From IMG/VR virus record IMGVR_UViG_3300045955_000245, positions 1 to 51,493 of that record: a stretch of 51,493 nt of DNA; one strand, 5' to 3'. Position numbers and translations under genes: made by a program. Numbering within the stretch: position 1 is the stretch's first letter; the number at the start of each line of letters is the position of its first letter. The stretch is from a virus (Duplodnaviria; Caudoviricetes). Below the pieces are notes generated by a model. The model had not been told where the DNA came from. It did not search any database and saw only the letters and a program-made list of their open reading frames with translations. This document shows positions 26,622 through 36,097 of the stretch, piece after piece.

Positions 26622-26665
26622 ATCACATCACATCACATCACATCACATCACATCACATCACATCA
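26622..26665. repeat. (ATCAC)8 microsatellite; reads (TGATG)n on the coding strand
   Basis: Eight perfect units plus ATCA. Confidence 0.95.
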
Positions 26666-27034
26666 GAGCTTCCCGAGCGCCTGGATTGTGCGCTGCTGGT
26701 ACTTCGGCCACTCTTGGGTGGCGGCCGGCGTCATGTAGGGCTGCGGCGGGATGAAGTTGCCGCTGATCCAGTGGTGGAAGCCGTACTCTTGAAAGACCGA
26801 GTAGTCGAGCGGTGAGTACACCACCCAGGCGACGCTGTGGATGGGCGCCGCGTCCTGCGCCACCGCTATCGAGTTGCGCAGCGCGCCGGTATCCACCGGG
26901 GCCAGCGCTTTGGCCCGCGACTGGATGGCCCTGGCGGACTGCTCGGCCGACTGGAACGCCAGCCCCGGCAACTTCGACAGGATTTCCGGGAAGCGGTTCT
27001 GCCGCACCCGGACGGAGAGCGCGCGTTGGGCCAT
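26663..27034 (-). CDS. HK97 gp10-like neck protein
   Basis: AKALAPVDTGALRNSI...YS.FQEYG...PQPYMTPA. Confidence 0.85.
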   Translation of the reverse strand: MAQRALSVRVRQNRFPEILSKLPGLAFQSAEQSARAIQSRAKALAPVDTGALRNSIAVAQDAAPIHSVAWVVYSPLDYSVFQEYGFHHWISGNFIPPQPYMTPAATQEWPKYQQRTIQALGKL

Positions 27035-27291
27035 CAGCCGGCATCCTCCCGCGGCGTGCGCGGCTGGCCGCCCACCGGAAACGCCAGGGGTTGCGGCTCC
27101 GGCGGCTGCGTGCGGAGCAGCACCTCGGCCAGGTCGGTGCGCATCGCCTCCACCGTCAGGCGCAGCGCCGCCAGTTCGGCTCGCAGCGCGATCACTTCGG
27201 CCAAGATGACGCCGCCGTCCTCGGCGTATTCAGCGTGTAGCGGCCGCAGCAGTGGGCGGCGCGCCGGCGGGAGCGGATTGCCGGGCATCAT
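27034..27291 (-). CDS. Hypothetical protein
   Basis: Coupled at both ends; short coiled coil. Confidence 0.45.
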   Translation of the reverse strand: MMPGNPLPPARRPLLRPLHAEYAEDGGVILAEVIALRAELAALRLTVEAMRTDLAEVLLRTQPPEPQPLAFPVGGQPRTPREDAG

Positions 27292-27677
27292 CGGCCAATC
27301 TCCTGGCACCAGATGACCTTGTGTACCTCCTCGTTCCGTAGCGCGTCGACGCCGATCACCTCCCAGATACGACCAGCGTTGTTCCCGCTGGCAATGCGCA
27401 CCCGATCGGCCGGCACACAATCGGTGTCCTTCGGCACGACGACGCGCGCCGCAATCTGCGCCGAGATGCCGCCGGCAAATGCCCGCTCAAACGGCGGCTG
27501 GTAGCCCTTCTCGACGCGGCACGCCACCGTGGCGTCGACGCTGTAGGTCGCATCCAGCCCGCCGGACGGTCCGCGCGCCGAGAGCACCGGCAGGCGCAAG
27601 ATTTCGCACGTACCGTCCATTGCGCTCCCACTGAGTGCGGTCAGGTTGGCGAGTGCAGCAACGGGCAAGACTGGCAT
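27288..27677 (-). CDS. Head closure protein
   Basis: Position; CEILR...VACRV...DRVRI...WEVIGV. Confidence 0.6.
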   Translation of the reverse strand: MPVLPVAALANLTALSGSAMDGTCEILRLPVLSARGPSGGLDATYSVDATVACRVEKGYQPPFERAFAGGISAQIAARVVVPKDTDCVPADRVRIASGNNAGRIWEVIGVDALRNEEVHKVIWCQEIGR

Positions 27678-27687
27678 CGTCGTCCTC

Positions 27688-28374
27688 TCAGGCGAACACC
27701 AGTGGGCGCGGCAGCAGCGCGATCACGTCGTCGGGGATGCCCAGCAGCCCACGCTCGGCCGTGCTGGCAATACTGCTCGCCGTCGGGCTGCCGTAGGAAA
27801 TGCGCACGTCGCCCACCTGGTAGCTGGTGGCGGCGCCGCCACTGGCGGAGAGCGCACCGATGCCCGTAAGGGAGCCGCGCATCCAGTAGGCCACCAGCTT
27901 GGTGGCCGCCAACTCGATGCGCGGCGGCACGCTCACCGCCGGCGTGTAGCTCACCAGCGCCAGCCAGCCGCCGTAGCCGTTGGCCACGTTGAGCAGCCCC
28001 TGCTCCGCGTCAAGCAGCTCGTACTGCGTGCCCGCCGTCAGCGCTTGCAGCGTCGAGCCGATGGCGCTGGTTCTCACGGAGACGGATTGGATGGACGCTA
28101 CCGGCCTGGTGCGGAGTTGGAGCGTGGCCGGCGGGTACCACGACAGGTCGTACACCACGTCGACGGGCGAGGAGCCCTCAGTCCACGGCGCCGCCCGCAC
28201 CACGTAACTCTCGGCCGCCACTGCCGAGACGGTGCCCCAGACGCGGCCGGTTTTGTCGTCGATCCACTGCTCGGCCACCGGAATCAGCAGCGAGCACTCG
28301 GCCCGCTGCGCGTCCGTGAACGTCAGCGGGTTCAGCGAGTGCTCGACCCGATCGACCGTGGTGTAGCCAGGCAT
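27688..28374 (-). CDS. Head-tail adaptor
   Basis: YTTVDRV...AEQWIDDKTGR...VSYT...VPP.IELAA...VGDVRISY. Confidence 0.7.
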   Translation of the reverse strand: MPGYTTVDRVEHSLNPLTFTDAQRAECSLLIPVAEQWIDDKTGRVWGTVSAVAAESYVVRAAPWTEGSSPVDVVYDLSWYPPATLQLRTRPVASIQSVSVRTSAIGSTLQALTAGTQYELLDAEQGLLNVANGYGGWLALVSYTPAVSVPPRIELAATKLVAYWMRGSLTGIGALSASGGAATSYQVGDVRISYGSPTASSIASTAERGLLGIPDDVIALLPRPLVFA

Positions 28375-29894
28375 CAGGCGGCCACTCCTACCGGCTCCGG
28401 CTCGGTGGGTTCGGCCGCCGGTTGCGCGGCGGCGGCACAGCGGCCGAGCACCCGCCGGTAGAGCGCCGCGTGGCGCTCGGCCACCAGCCGCCACGAGTGG
28501 AACTCTTCGACCCAGGCGCGGCCGTTGTGCCCGTAGTCGGCGCGCATCTGGGGGTACGTCGCCAGCAGCACCATCTGCCGGTAGAGCTCGTCGGCGGTGC
28601 GCGCCTGCACGATGGGCGGCAACTCGCCCAACCCACCCGAGTCTAGGCACCAGCGGTGCACCTGGGGATCGAGATGGGTGATCACCGGCCTCCCGCAACT
28701 CAGGGCTTCGACGGTGGTAGTGCCGAAGCTACCGACGCTCCAATCGAACTGGTCGAGGATCACGTCGGCCGCGTGGTACAGGCGACGCATCCGGGGCTTG
28801 CTCGAGCAGGCCGCCCACAGGAAGCGACCGCCGTGCTTGAAGCCTAACCGCTCCATCAGGTCGGCCGTGTCCCGCGTTTCAAGCCCCCAGTACGACAGGA
28901 TCAGCACCGCCTTGGGCGCGCCCTGCGGTTCCGCTTCGTCGACGTAGCGCCGGAACGCGTGCAGCACCCGATCGTTGCGCTTGCCGCCCGCGACACCGGG
29001 AGCGGCCTGCCGGGCCGGTTGCCAGAAGATGACCTCCGCATCGCGGGTGGCGTCGCCGCCAGGCTCAAGCATCTGGCGGCGGAGTTGCTGCGCCGCCGCC
29101 ACGTCGCCGGCCGAGACGCACGGCGCAAAGCGGTCGGTATCCACCGGGTGCGGGATGAACAGCCGCCGGTCGGCGCCGCCCTCGTGCAACCCGAGCGCCC
29201 AGGCGGCCTCGGCACAGTCGGCGTTGGTCAGCACGTTGGCGTCGGCGTGCCGGTAGGCCAGCGCGATCAGCCGATGCTCGGGCGTGTTCTTGCTCGGCGC
29301 GTGGCGCATCGTGGAGTGCTCGAAGGTGACATAGGGCACGTCGGGCGGGAACAGCACGCCATACGCGGCCATCGGGCCGAGCAGCACAGTCAGGTCGTAG
29401 TTGGCCGCCAACGTGAGGATCGAGCGGACGGCCGGGTAGTCCTGGAGGTCGGCAACCGCCTGCTCCTGCTCGCCGGCATCGAGCCGCGAACGGGCGAGGA
29501 GCGTGCGGACGTGGGCGTCGCGTACCTGGCGGTGCTCGCCCGGCAGGGTGATGAACCGCGCCGCGCCGTAGAACCGCGCCAGGTCGGCCTGGAATGCCTC
29601 CTGCGTGTCGTACCACGGCTCGGCGCCGTCCGCGCCCAGGATTTTGGCCCACGGCGGCCGCGCCACCTCCCACTGCCGGGCGGGCGTCAGCCAATCGTAG
29701 TGGTCGGGGTAGATACCGCCGGTCTCGACGTCGAAGTCGGCCAGCTCCCAGTAGGGCACCCACATGGCGGTACCGCCGCCCAGGTCGAACGAGTCGGCCT
29801 CGATGCCTTGCCCGGCTGGCCGGTCCAGGCGGCGCAGCGCTTGCGCCAGCAGGAAGGCGTTTTGGGCGACGTTGCCGATGAGCGCCACGCGCAT
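28374..29894 (-). CDS. Glycosyltransferase (GT-B, GT4-like)
   Basis: GNVAQNA; IPHPVDT.RF; LYHAADVILDQF..GSFGTTTVEALSCGRPVI; WVEEFHSW. Confidence 0.85.
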   Translation of the reverse strand: MRVALIGNVAQNAFLLAQALRRLDRPAGQGIEADSFDLGGGTAMWVPYWELADFDVETGGIYPDHYDWLTPARQWEVARPPWAKILGADGAEPWYDTQEAFQADLARFYGAARFITLPGEHRQVRDAHVRTLLARSRLDAGEQEQAVADLQDYPAVRSILTLAANYDLTVLLGPMAAYGVLFPPDVPYVTFEHSTMRHAPSKNTPEHRLIALAYRHADANVLTNADCAEAAWALGLHEGGADRRLFIPHPVDTDRFAPCVSAGDVAAAQQLRRQMLEPGGDATRDAEVIFWQPARQAAPGVAGGKRNDRVLHAFRRYVDEAEPQGAPKAVLILSYWGLETRDTADLMERLGFKHGGRFLWAACSSKPRMRRLYHAADVILDQFDWSVGSFGTTTVEALSCGRPVITHLDPQVHRWCLDSGGLGELPPIVQARTADELYRQMVLLATYPQMRADYGHNGRAWVEEFHSWRLVAERHAALYRRVLGRCAAAAQPAAEPTEPEPVGVAA

Positions 29895-30274
29895 TACGGC
29901 GCCGCCTTCCGTGGGCGAGTGCGGGCCGGGCGCGGCTTCGGCCGTGGACGCGGGACCGGCGCCTTGACTGCCTTGTTTTCGGGCGGGCCGCTCAGCATCT
30001 TCGACTCTGACGCGGGCTCGACGTTCGGTTCTGGTTCTGGTTCCGGTTCGACAACCGACACCGCCGGCGGCGGGGCAGGTTCCGCCGCCGGCGGCTCGGC
30101 TTCGGCTGCGCTCCCGGCGAGGTGGCGCAACCCGTACCGCTCCACATCCGCCGCCGCCACCTCGCCGCCCTTGCCCGCGAGCAGGAAGGCGGCGCGCGGG
30201 TCGCCTTCCTCGACGAGGGTGGACCAGTCGCGCGTCACGTACAGCCGCCGCGGCGCCCGGTAAACCTCCGGCAT
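29894..30274 (-). CDS. Head-associated hypothetical protein
   Basis: RRLY...LVEEGDPRAAFLL; Pro/Glu-rich tail with PENKA. Confidence 0.55.
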   Translation of the reverse strand: MPEVYRAPRRLYVTRDWSTLVEEGDPRAAFLLAGKGGEVAAADVERYGLRHLAGSAAEAEPPAAEPAPPPAVSVVEPEPEPEPNVEPASESKMLSGPPENKAVKAPVPRPRPKPRPARTRPRKAAP

Positions 30275-30319
30275 CGGTATCCTGCCCTGCCCTTCCTCGA
30301 GCGTTCTCGGTCTGCTCCG

Positions 30320-30859
30320 TTACGTTTGCGCCGTCCAGGTAGGTGATCCAGCGGTCGTGCTGGTGTTGGCGTAGAGCGTGCCGTTGTCCGTGCGCACCAG
30401 CAGCGAGCCAGTGGCGGCGCCCCGATACGTCGCGTCGACGCCGGCTACGCTCTCCGTCACGCTCAAGGTAGGACTGGTGCCGGTCATGTCGTTGCGGTGG
30501 GCCACGATGGCATTGTGCGCCTTCTTGGCCAGCGAGCCGGCGAACGTGACGGAGACGTTGCCGACCCCCGCGGTCAGGGTGCCGCCGGCCGCCGTCGTCA
30601 CGCCGCCGGTGCCGATACTGGGCAGCGCCTCGAGCGCCGCGTCGATGCTGGCCACCAGGCTGGTGTTGGTCGAGCTCCAGGCAATGGCACTGGTGACGAA
30701 GCCCTCAAACGAGAGCCGGAAGGTGGACGCGGCCTCCTGCGACGGCGTGCCGCCAATGACGATGCTCTGCCGCTCGTCGGTGCCCGCGACGGGCGCTCCC
30801 GAGACGGCAATGGGGCCGATTGACCCCTCGATGACCTGGCCGCCAACTATCACGCTCAT
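30320..30859 (-). CDS. Probable capsid decoration protein
   Basis: Thr/Gly/Ser-rich; GSLLVRTDNGTLYANT...PTWT; just after the capsid genes. Confidence 0.5.
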   Translation of the reverse strand: MSVIVGGQVIEGSIGPIAVSGAPVAGTDERQSIVIGGTPSQEAASTFRLSFEGFVTSAIAWSSTNTSLVASIDAALEALPSIGTGGVTTAAGGTLTAGVGNVSVTFAGSLAKKAHNAIVAHRNDMTGTSPTLSVTESVAGVDATYRGAATGSLLVRTDNGTLYANTSTTAGSPTWTAQT

Positions 30860-30861
30860 CG

Positions 30862-31200
30862 TTAGACGTACTCCTTTCGCACCGCCACCCGGACGCTGCC
30901 CGACGTGAGCGGCTGAACCGTGAAGTGCAGCGCCGAGATCGACGACACGCCCATCGGCAGGTAGAACTGCCCCGGCGCCGTGGTCGAGAGCGCCAGCGTG
31001 CCGTCCGTCACCCGCTGCAAGCCCAGCGGCCAGCGCCGCGACCACTCCGGGTCGAGCGACGCCTGCCACGTCAGCGTGCCCACGAAGTTGCCGGTCACGT
31101 TCACGGTGAGGCGCGACCAGCCGGCCATATCGGTCGAGCCGATCGCGCCCGCCTGGCTCGTCTCCAGCACCACCTGGTACTCACTGTTGCTGATCGGCAC
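30862..31200 (-). CDS. Virion-associated hypothetical protein
   Basis: VTGNFVGTLTWQASLD beta-rich. Confidence 0.5.
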   Translation of the reverse strand: MPISNSEYQVVLETSQAGAIGSTDMAGWSRLTVNVTGNFVGTLTWQASLDPEWSRRWPLGLQRVTDGTLALSTTAPGQFYLPMGVSSISALHFTVQPLTSGSVRVAVRKEYV

Positions 31201-31223
31201 GGCTTATATCCCGGCTCTGCCCA

Positions 31224-32513
31224 TCAGATGCCCGTGCAGGTGCAAAAGGCCGATGGCCTATACACGGCAAGCGCTAATCTTGACTCAGCCAAGATGGCCA
31301 CCTTGTTGTCGATGAAATAGGTAGAGTGCTCGGTACTCAGGGTGACGGTGATGCCCTCGCGCCGCAGCACCTCGGCGTAGGGCCGGAACGCACCCACCAG
31401 GCCGGTGCCGGACGTGATATTCGTCGTCTGCCGCACCGGCAAGCCCCAAATCCGATCGGGGCCCTCGTCCGACGGGTTGCCCCAGATGTAGATGCCGTCC
31501 GTCGTCCGCAGCAATTTGATGTCCGTCCAGTCGCCGGGGTGCACCACGAACGCCGTGGGCTCGGCAAACCCACTGCCGGCGCTGCCTCGGACGAGCTGCA
31601 TGGCCTTGTACACCGTGTCAGGCGTCGGATCGGCGCCCTTGGCCTGCGTCTGGATGCCGGTGCGGTTGATAATGCCGTCCAGGTTGGGCGCGACGCCGTC
31701 GCCCACCAGCACCTGCAACTCTTCCCGGCGGCGGACGTTCGATGCCATCCGCCCCCGGAGTTGCGACTCGAGGAAGGGCACGTCGTCCAGCGCCTCTTTG
31801 GTGGCGGGTATCCAGGTCGGGATTTTGCGCACCGGTTCCGTCCGCAGCGTGAACCCTTCGGCGCTCTCCGGCTTGCTGACGCCCTCCGCTGTTTCTGCGG
31901 CGGCGTTCGTGACCGTCGTCTCTTCGTAGTACTCGACGCTGTTGCTCATGGTCTCGCCCTGGAGCATCAGGTCGGTGGTGGTGCGCTCCTCGACGGCCAT
32001 TGCGACGAGTGCGCGGCGGTCGGCCTGCGGCGAGATGTCACTGAGCGTGACCAGCGTCTTGAAGTCGAGATAGGGCAACTCGATTTCGACGGTGCCGCGG
32101 TTCGCCTGGCGAAACGCCTTGTACTCCTTGTGCTCGAGCAGGAAATGGCGCAGCGACTTGGCGGCGGGTTGCCCGTAGCCGTAGCCGTAGCCGTAGCCGC
32201 CGGAACCGTTCAGTCCAGCGGCGTGGCCATTCCCGTTCGGCAGCGGCACGTTGGGCACCGGCTCAGTCAAGGCCCGCACCTTGAGCGCGTTGTTCTGGTT
32301 AATCAGCCACAGGTTGTGCAGCCGGTCGAACTCGATGCCCAGCGCCTCGAGCTCGTCGTTGCGGCGTTTGATCTCGCCGGCCTTGTAGTGCGTGTCGCCG
32401 TCGAGCAGCGTCACCTTGGACAGGTCGAGGTCCGGGCCGGCCTCCTCGAAAATCTTGTGGAGCTGCTCCCGCTTGGCCGCCAACTCCTCGCGGACCTCGG
32501 CAAACGATGGCAT
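31224..32513 (-). CDS. Major capsid protein (HK97 fold)
   Basis: N-terminal delta-like region; AETAEG..KPES; AFVVHP.DW; IWGLPV; F..NKVAILAESRL...VYRP.AF. Confidence 0.95.
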   Translation of the reverse strand: MPSFAEVREELAAKREQLHKIFEEAGPDLDLSKVTLLDGDTHYKAGEIKRRNDELEALGIEFDRLHNLWLINQNNALKVRALTEPVPNVPLPNGNGHAAGLNGSGGYGYGYGYGQPAAKSLRHFLLEHKEYKAFRQANRGTVEIELPYLDFKTLVTLSDISPQADRRALVAMAVEERTTTDLMLQGETMSNSVEYYEETTVTNAAAETAEGVSKPESAEGFTLRTEPVRKIPTWIPATKEALDDVPFLESQLRGRMASNVRRREELQVLVGDGVAPNLDGIINRTGIQTQAKGADPTPDTVYKAMQLVRGSAGSGFAEPTAFVVHPGDWTDIKLLRTTDGIYIWGNPSDEGPDRIWGLPVRQTTNITSGTGLVGAFRPYAEVLRREGITVTLSTEHSTYFIDNKVAILAESRLALAVYRPSAFCTCTGI

Positions 32514-32532
32514 CGCTGTGGTACTCCTCTCC

Positions 32533-33711
32533 CTATCCGGGTACTGGGGGCTGCGGGGACGGCGGGGCAAGGTCCGCGAAGCGCCGCGCAAACTGGGCGT
32601 AGCGCCGGTGCAGTTCGTGGGGATGCAGCGCCGCCGGATCGTCGGCTCGCTTGAGCGCGCCGTCCAACTCGGCCCGCACCGCCTGGAGACGGCGCAGCAG
32701 GCCGCCGGCGTAGTCCTTCACCGCTAAGGCTTCGTCGTCCGAGGCGTTGGCCAGCCGCGCGGCGTACTCGTCCAGATCGGCCAGCACATGCTCGCCGGCG
32801 TCCAGGATGGACAAGCCCGCCGCCTTGAGTGGCGGCGGCTCCCTACTGCCGTCACGAAGATGGCGGGCCAGGTGCGCCCACACGCCTTGCCGATCCGAAT
32901 CAGGAATGGTCGTACCCGAGCGGCCGCCATTCAGGACGGCAATCCCGGACGAGCAGGCGGTCAGGTTGGCGGCGCCGACGCTCCCGCTACCGGAGACCTC
33001 GTGGTGCCCGAATTTATAAGTCGCTTTGGCCGCCGGGTCGCCGTCGCCGTCCATCCAGGCGTGCGCCCTTCTTAGGGCCGCCGCGTCGTTGGGTAGCCGG
33101 CGCTCGTTGGCCGGGCCGTCCCAACTCCCCGTAGAGGTGCCAGTGGAGTGGGCGCCGATCGCCCGCTTGGTGCCGGCTGCTGGCTCGACTTCCGGCGGCG
33201 GTTCGGCGTCAGGAGTGGGCGCCGCCTTGATGCGGGCGGTGCCGGTGCCGATGCCGGCGCCCAACAGCACCGGCGAGACCTCGAACACGTCCAGCCCCTC
33301 GAGGAAGCGCACCTTGGCGCCGTCGTGCTGGCCGACCGACCACTTGGTGATGATGAAGCCGTAGCTCCACTCCTGGAGATCACCGAGCTGCTTGACCGTG
33401 CGGTACGTATCGGCGCCGGCCGCCGTGTCCAGAAAGAAACTGCCGTCCACCCAGGCCCGATGGGAGTCGGCGTGGATAGTGCCCTTGCCGACCGGCAGCA
33501 CGCCCCAGTTGTGGCCCCACGCCGCGATGCGCACCGCCTGGTTTTGGGTGAAGGCGCCGGCGACGGTGACGTCGCCGTCCCAATCCTTTGTGCCGAACGT
33601 GGCGAACGTGGCGCGGAAGTCACCCTCGGCGGCGCCGGCGGTGCCCGCCTTGAGCTCGAGCGGACTGCGGTAGGTCTTGCGCTGGCCTTGGTCCAACAAA
33701 ACGGCCTCCAC
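32533..33711 (-). CDS. HK97-family prohead protease with C-terminal extension
   Basis: FATFG.KDWDGDV...GAF; H; EWSYGF; FEVSPVLLGA. Confidence 0.9.
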   Translation of the reverse strand: MEAVLLDQGQRKTYRSPLELKAGTAGAAEGDFRATFATFGTKDWDGDVTVAGAFTQNQAVRIAAWGHNWGVLPVGKGTIHADSHRAWVDGSFFLDTAAGADTYRTVKQLGDLQEWSYGFIITKWSVGQHDGAKVRFLEGLDVFEVSPVLLGAGIGTGTARIKAAPTPDAEPPPEVEPAAGTKRAIGAHSTGTSTGSWDGPANERRLPNDAAALRRAHAWMDGDGDPAAKATYKFGHHEVSGSGSVGAANLTACSSGIAVLNGGRSGTTIPDSDRQGVWAHLARHLRDGSREPPPLKAAGLSILDAGEHVLADLDEYAARLANASDDEALAVKDYAGGLLRRLQAVRAELDGALKRADDPAALHPHELHRRYAQFARRFADLAPPSPQPPVPG

Positions 33712-33840
33712 CCGGCTTAGCCGGGGAGGCCCATCAGCACACCGCCACGAAGGGCGCGCGGGACCGCGCGGGGAGTATGCGCTTTACGTCAGGTGTGGCG
33801 TTTGGCGTTCAGTCTAGCATACGTCCTGGTGACGCCGGCA

Positions 33841-34044
33841 TCAGGCCGGTGAGTTGGTCGTTTTGCGGCACCATTTGCACTGGATCGACCAGGGCCGCGC
33901 CGCCTTCCACGCCAGCGGATGGTCGCAGAACTGGCAGCGCGGCGCGTGGTCGATCACCTGGATACCGGCGGCGCTGGGCGGCAGCGCACACCGCTCCTCG
34001 CGCGTCTCCAACCGCTTGCGTTCGATGCGCGCCACGCCTGTCAC
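33841..34044 (-). CDS. Mu Com-like zinc-finger protein
   Basis: RCQFCDHPL...IQCKWCRKTTN. Confidence 0.55.
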   Translation of the reverse strand: MTGVARIERKRLETREERCALPPSAAGIQVIDHAPRCQFCDHPLAWKAARPWSIQCKWCRKTTNSPA

Positions 34045-34604
34045 GCCGCGGCCTGCCGTGCGTGGCGCCGCGCCCGCTGCACCGCCCGGTACCGCAGCGA
34101 CTTGACGGCCGTCCAGTGCACGCCGCTCCCGGCGGCGAGTTGCCCTTGCGATTGCTCCAGGGCAAGCATGTGCCACGCCGCCCACCGTTGCTCCCGCGTC
34201 AGGCCGGCGAGCACGCGCGTAGCCGCGGCGTGGGCGTCGTCCACGTCGATGCGGCGGAAGTAGGCGGCCTCGGGTTCGTCGTGCTCGGCCGCCCGGTGCA
34301 GGTCGTCGTGCGCCGGCGGGTCGTAGGCGGTCCACGTCAGCAGGCGGTTGTGGCGCCACACGTCCAGCGCCCGGCGCTCCGTGACGTGGAACAGCCAGCC
34401 GCGGAGCGCGCCGTCCACGCTCCCACCCGGGACGGTAAACCGCGGCAGCGCCGCCCACGCCCGCAGGAGCGCGTCCTGCACCACGTCCTCGGCCTCGCGT
34501 TCGCCCACGATGCGGGTGGCCGCTCGCAGCAGCGCCGCCCGGTTGTCGGTGGCGGCGGCGCAGAACCGCTCTGCCAACGAGCCGCCAGACAGGTCGAGCG
34601 TCAC
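34041..34604 (-). CDS. Second ECF-type sigma factor
   Basis: AEDVVQDALLRAW...LRGWLFHV..RRALDVWR; LTREQR...SQGQLA...TAVKSLRYRA. Confidence 0.85.
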   Translation of the reverse strand: MTLDLSGGSLAERFCAAATDNRAALLRAATRIVGEREAEDVVQDALLRAWAALPRFTVPGGSVDGALRGWLFHVTERRALDVWRHNRLLTWTAYDPPAHDDLHRAAEHDEPEAAYFRRIDVDDAHAAATRVLAGLTREQRWAAWHMLALEQSQGQLAAGSGVHWTAVKSLRYRAVQRARRHARQAAA

Positions 34605-36097
34605 CGCGCCAACTCCACCGTCTTGACGTGCCCGTTGCGCCTGGCACGCGCTCGCCGCTGCATCGCTTCGTCGTCGTCCTCTTCGTCGTCACCGGGCGGC
34701 GGCAGCGCGGGTAACGGCTCCGGTTCCTCCATGGGCAGCGCCAGCAGGTCGGCGGGCGCCGTCGCGGTGATAGTCGCCGGGACGTAGACCACATCGCCGT
34801 CCGGTTCGGGCATCGGGTCCAGCCCGATGGCGGCGCGCGCCTCGTTCAGCGTCACCATGCCGGCCAGCAGGTCGGCCCGCATCCGCTCGTGCAGCGCGTT
34901 CTGGTCCTCCTGCAACACCCGTACCTGGGTCAGGTCAAACGCCACCTTTAATCGGGACGGGTCGCCGAAGTCCGGCACCAGCTGGCTGTTCACGTCCGCC
35001 GCCAGCGAGCGTTGCATCGGCACGAGCAGCGATTCGTACAAATCTTCCCGCGCCTCGGCCATGTTGCTGTACGTCGATCGGGCAAGGCCGGCGCCCAGCC
35101 CGACGACGATGGCCGGCGTGCCGAACACCGCCGAGATGCGCTCCTCGGTGATCTGCCGCAACTCGCGCAGCACCATCTGCTGCGGGTTGAAGGCCAAGAC
35201 GGACACCTGGGTCTTGGCCGCCATCACTAGCGGCTCGCCCACGCGGTCGCCGCCGAACCTACTGGAGAAGCTGGCTTTAATCAGGTCGGCGTTCTCCTGG
35301 GTGAACTCGGCGTCGTCGCCCGGCGACAGCACCACGCCGGGCACGCCCAAATTCCTGAGAAGGGAAGCCGTCCAGTTGGCGGCGCTGTTGTCGGTGGCAA
35401 TCTCTCGGAACAAGCTCGCAAGGGGCGACAACCCCTTGCGCACGTTGTCCGGGTCCAAGCCATCCCGGAAGTGCACTACGTCTTGCGGCGGGATGCGGTA
35501 GTCGTTGCCGCCGACGCGGTACTCGTAGTGCGAGATGAACGTCGTACCGTCGCCGCCCCGCGACTGCTCGGGCCACTTCGGCTCGAGCATCGTCGATGGC
35601 ACCCACCACAGCTCGACGACGGTGCCGGCGGCGGCCCGCACCTTGAGCCAGTAGGCGTTGCCGGTCAAGACGTAGTCGGCCAGCGTGCCGGCCCACAAGA
35701 GCAGCCCGGAGTAGTACGGGTTCGGCCGTTCCAACACGGTTTGTAGCCGGTTCTCCGGCCGCGCTACCCACTCAGGATTACCGGGCGGCGCGCCGCCCCT
35801 GCCGTCCCGCCGGAAGTAGACGGTGCACGGCGCTTCCGGGAACGTGCGCACGATCTTGCGCATGCAGGCCATCACTACGGCGTTGCCGCGGCCGTCGCCC
35901 ACCTCGGCGGCATACTCGCGGCGGGTTGCACCCAACTGGCTGGCCCACCACCACGAGCGCGGCTGGCCGGTGGCGAAGCGCATCTGGAAGGCTTTCCAGC
36001 TGGCCCGCGCGGCGGCGAGCGTGCGCCGCACCAGCACGAACGGGACTCTTGGCGCCTCAGTGGGCGGCGCCGGATTAGCGGCCAGGTAGGTGCTCAC
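34601..36097 (-). CDS. Portal protein (HK97 family)
   Basis: LERPNPY; GNAYWLK; VVHFR...GLSPL; ISAVFGTP...TYSNM.EA; MVTLNEAR..IGL.P. Confidence 0.95.
   Translation of the reverse strand: MSTYLAANPAPPTEAPRVPFVLVRRTLAAARASWKAFQMRFATGQPRSWWWASQLGATRREYAAEVGDGRGNAVVMACMRKIVRTFPEAPCTVYFRRDGRGGAPPGNPEWVARPENRLQTVLERPNPYYSGLLLWAGTLADYVLTGNAYWLKVRAAAGTVVELWWVPSTMLEPKWPEQSRGGDGTTFISHYEYRVGGNDYRIPPQDVVHFRDGLDPDNVRKGLSPLASLFREIATDNSAANWTASLLRNLGVPGVVLSPGDDAEFTQENADLIKASFSSRFGGDRVGEPLVMAAKTQVSVLAFNPQQMVLRELRQITEERISAVFGTPAIVVGLGAGLARSTYSNMAEAREDLYESLLVPMQRSLAADVNSQLVPDFGDPSRLKVAFDLTQVRVLQEDQNALHERMRADLLAGMVTLNEARAAIGLDPMPEPDGDVVYVPATITATAPADLLALPMEEPEPLPALPPPGDDEEDDDEAMQRRARARRNGHVKTVELAR

Noticed and set aside
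32172-32200. (CCGTAG)n repeat in the capsid gene
   Set aside because: In-frame GYGYGYG linker in the delta-like region; no sign of a separate function
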